Of a DNA stretch of 64,000 bases, positions 62,559 through 64,000 are shown piece by piece. A model generated the notes under the pieces. That model was not told the DNA's origin. It saw only the letters and a list, made by a program, of their open reading frames with translations, and ran no database searches. The stretch is from Mobula hypostoma (taxonomy: Eukaryota). How positions within the stretch are numbered: the first letter of the stretch is position 1; each line of letters opens with the position of its first letter. Location of the stretch: NCBI RefSeq assembly GCF_963921235.1, contig NC_086108.1, positions 61,692,001-61,756,000 on the forward strand. The letters are read 5' to 3'. The position numbers were made by a program, and so were the translations under genes.

Positions 62559-64000
62559 AATTACCTAGCTCTCTGAACCTTTTGTAAGCTTTTCTTTTCT
62601 TCTTGACTAGATTTATTACAGCCTTTGTACACCACGGTTCCTGTACCCTACCATAACTTCCCTGTCTCATTGGAACGTAACTATGTAAAACTCCACACAA
62701 ATATCTCCTGAATATTTGCAACATTTCTTCTGTACTTTTCCCTGAGAACATCTGTTACCAATTTAAGCTTCCAATTTCCTGCCTCATAGCCTCATAATTC
62801 CCCTTACTCCAATTAAACACTTTTCTAACTTGTCAGTTCCTATCTCTCTCCAATGCTATTGTAAAGGAGATAGAATTATGATCATTATCTCCAAAACGCT
62901 CTCCCACTGTGAGATCTGACACCTGACCAGGTTCATTTCACAATACCAAATCAAGTACAGTCTCTCCTCTTGTAGGCTTATCTGTATATTGTGTCAAGAA
63001 ACCTTCCTCTACACACCTAACAAATTCCACCCCATCTAAACCTTGCTCTAGGGAGATGCCAATCGATATTTGCGAAATTAAAATCTCCGATCACGACAAC
63101 TCTGTTATTATTACACCTTCCCAGTATCTGTTTCCCTATCTGCTCCTCGATATCCCTGTTGCTATTGGGCAGCCTATAAAAAGCACCCAGTAAAGTTATT
63201 GACCCCTTCCTGTTCCTAACCTCCACCCACAGAGACTCCGTAGACAATCCCTCCATGGCATCCACCTTTTTTGCAGCTGTGACACTATCTCCGATCAACA
63301 GTGCCTTGCCCCCACCTCTTTCGCCTCCCTCCCTGTCCTTTCTGAAACATCTAAAACCCGGCACTTGAAGTAACCATTCCTGTCCCTGAGCCATCCAAGC
63401 CTCCGTAATGGCCACCACATCATGGCTCAAGAACTGATCCATGCTCTAAGCTCATCCACTTTGTTCACAACACTCCCTGCATTAAAATAAGCACATCTCA
63501 AACCATCGGTCTGAGCGCATCCCTTCTCTTTCACCTGCCTATCCTCCCTCTCACACTGTCTACAAGCTTTCTCTATTTGTGAGCCAACCACCTCTTCCCC
63601 AGTCTCTTCAGTTCAGTTCCCACCCCCAACAATTCTAGTTTAAACTCTCCCTGGTAACCTTAGCAAACCTACACCTCTGCTCTTTTTTCCATAAAAGGTT
63701 ATTCATCAGTGTTCTTCTCAATCCTGCTGTTCTTCCCAGTACAGCTGGAAACCTGGGATTCACTGATTCTGGCCTGCAAATATGCAGAGGATCATGTAGG
63801 TAGATATGGCAAGATTAACAGATCAACAGGGAGGTGGAGAGCCAAGCAACAAGGAGGCAGCAGAGCATACCAAAGGGACAGTGAGGAGGTGATGTCTGAA
63901 TGGCTGGAGTCATGGCATTTGTAATTTTTAAACCTATCAAAACCTGGCTATATATGATTAAAATAAAACGTTCACTCATGGGTGGCTCTTGGAAGTGGTT

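Larger units (their letters stand above)
58247..63672 (-). mobile_element. CR1 (ORF1 end plus ORF2) interrupted by two insertions
   Basis: ITEAW, YRLP, GDFN (endonuclease); PGPD, NYRPISLTS, MDFSKVFDKV, GVPQGSVLGP, FADDTK (RT); (TTTCTATG)n tail at ~58247. Confidence 0.95.

Noticed and set aside
63709..63924. Possible plus-strand exon after TTCTTCCCAG
   Set aside because: Peptide unrecognised; splice-like motifs of this strength occur by chance.

Overview
Eukaryotic, repeat-dense genomic DNA, probably an intron or intergenic region of a cartilaginous fish. That assignment is inferred from HE1/V-SINEs, a Deu-domain SINE and abundant CR1, Rex1/Babar and Penelope elements. I could not support any host protein-coding exon; the long ORFs in the track are decayed retrotransposon ORFs. 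Elements present: many CR1 LINE pieces (one near full-length copy with an SGNH-esterase ORF1), Rex1/Babar LINEs, an L1 with a 14-bp target-site duplication (TSD) and a nested PIF/Harbinger, two RTE-clade insertions, Penelope-like elements, a truncated Gypsy element, a solo LTR, a Tc1 derivative and several SINE families. Most notable: (1) three intact-core minimal hammerhead ribozymes in Penelope termini, two of them on the arms of a TSD-bounded fold-back insertion; (2) a twin-priming-type 5'-inverted RTE insertion; (3) a ~620-bp non-coding retroelement family with a YY1/NRF1-motif head and a Rex1-like tail; (4) a G_GGA_AAC -1 frameshift signal and tRNA-Trp primer-binding site in the Gypsy element; (5) a 48-bp minisatellite born inside a Rex1 ORF; (6) a perfect RFX X-box in a repeat-poor island. 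Family assignments come from motif recognition by eye, not database searches. Boundaries without a TSD are approximate.
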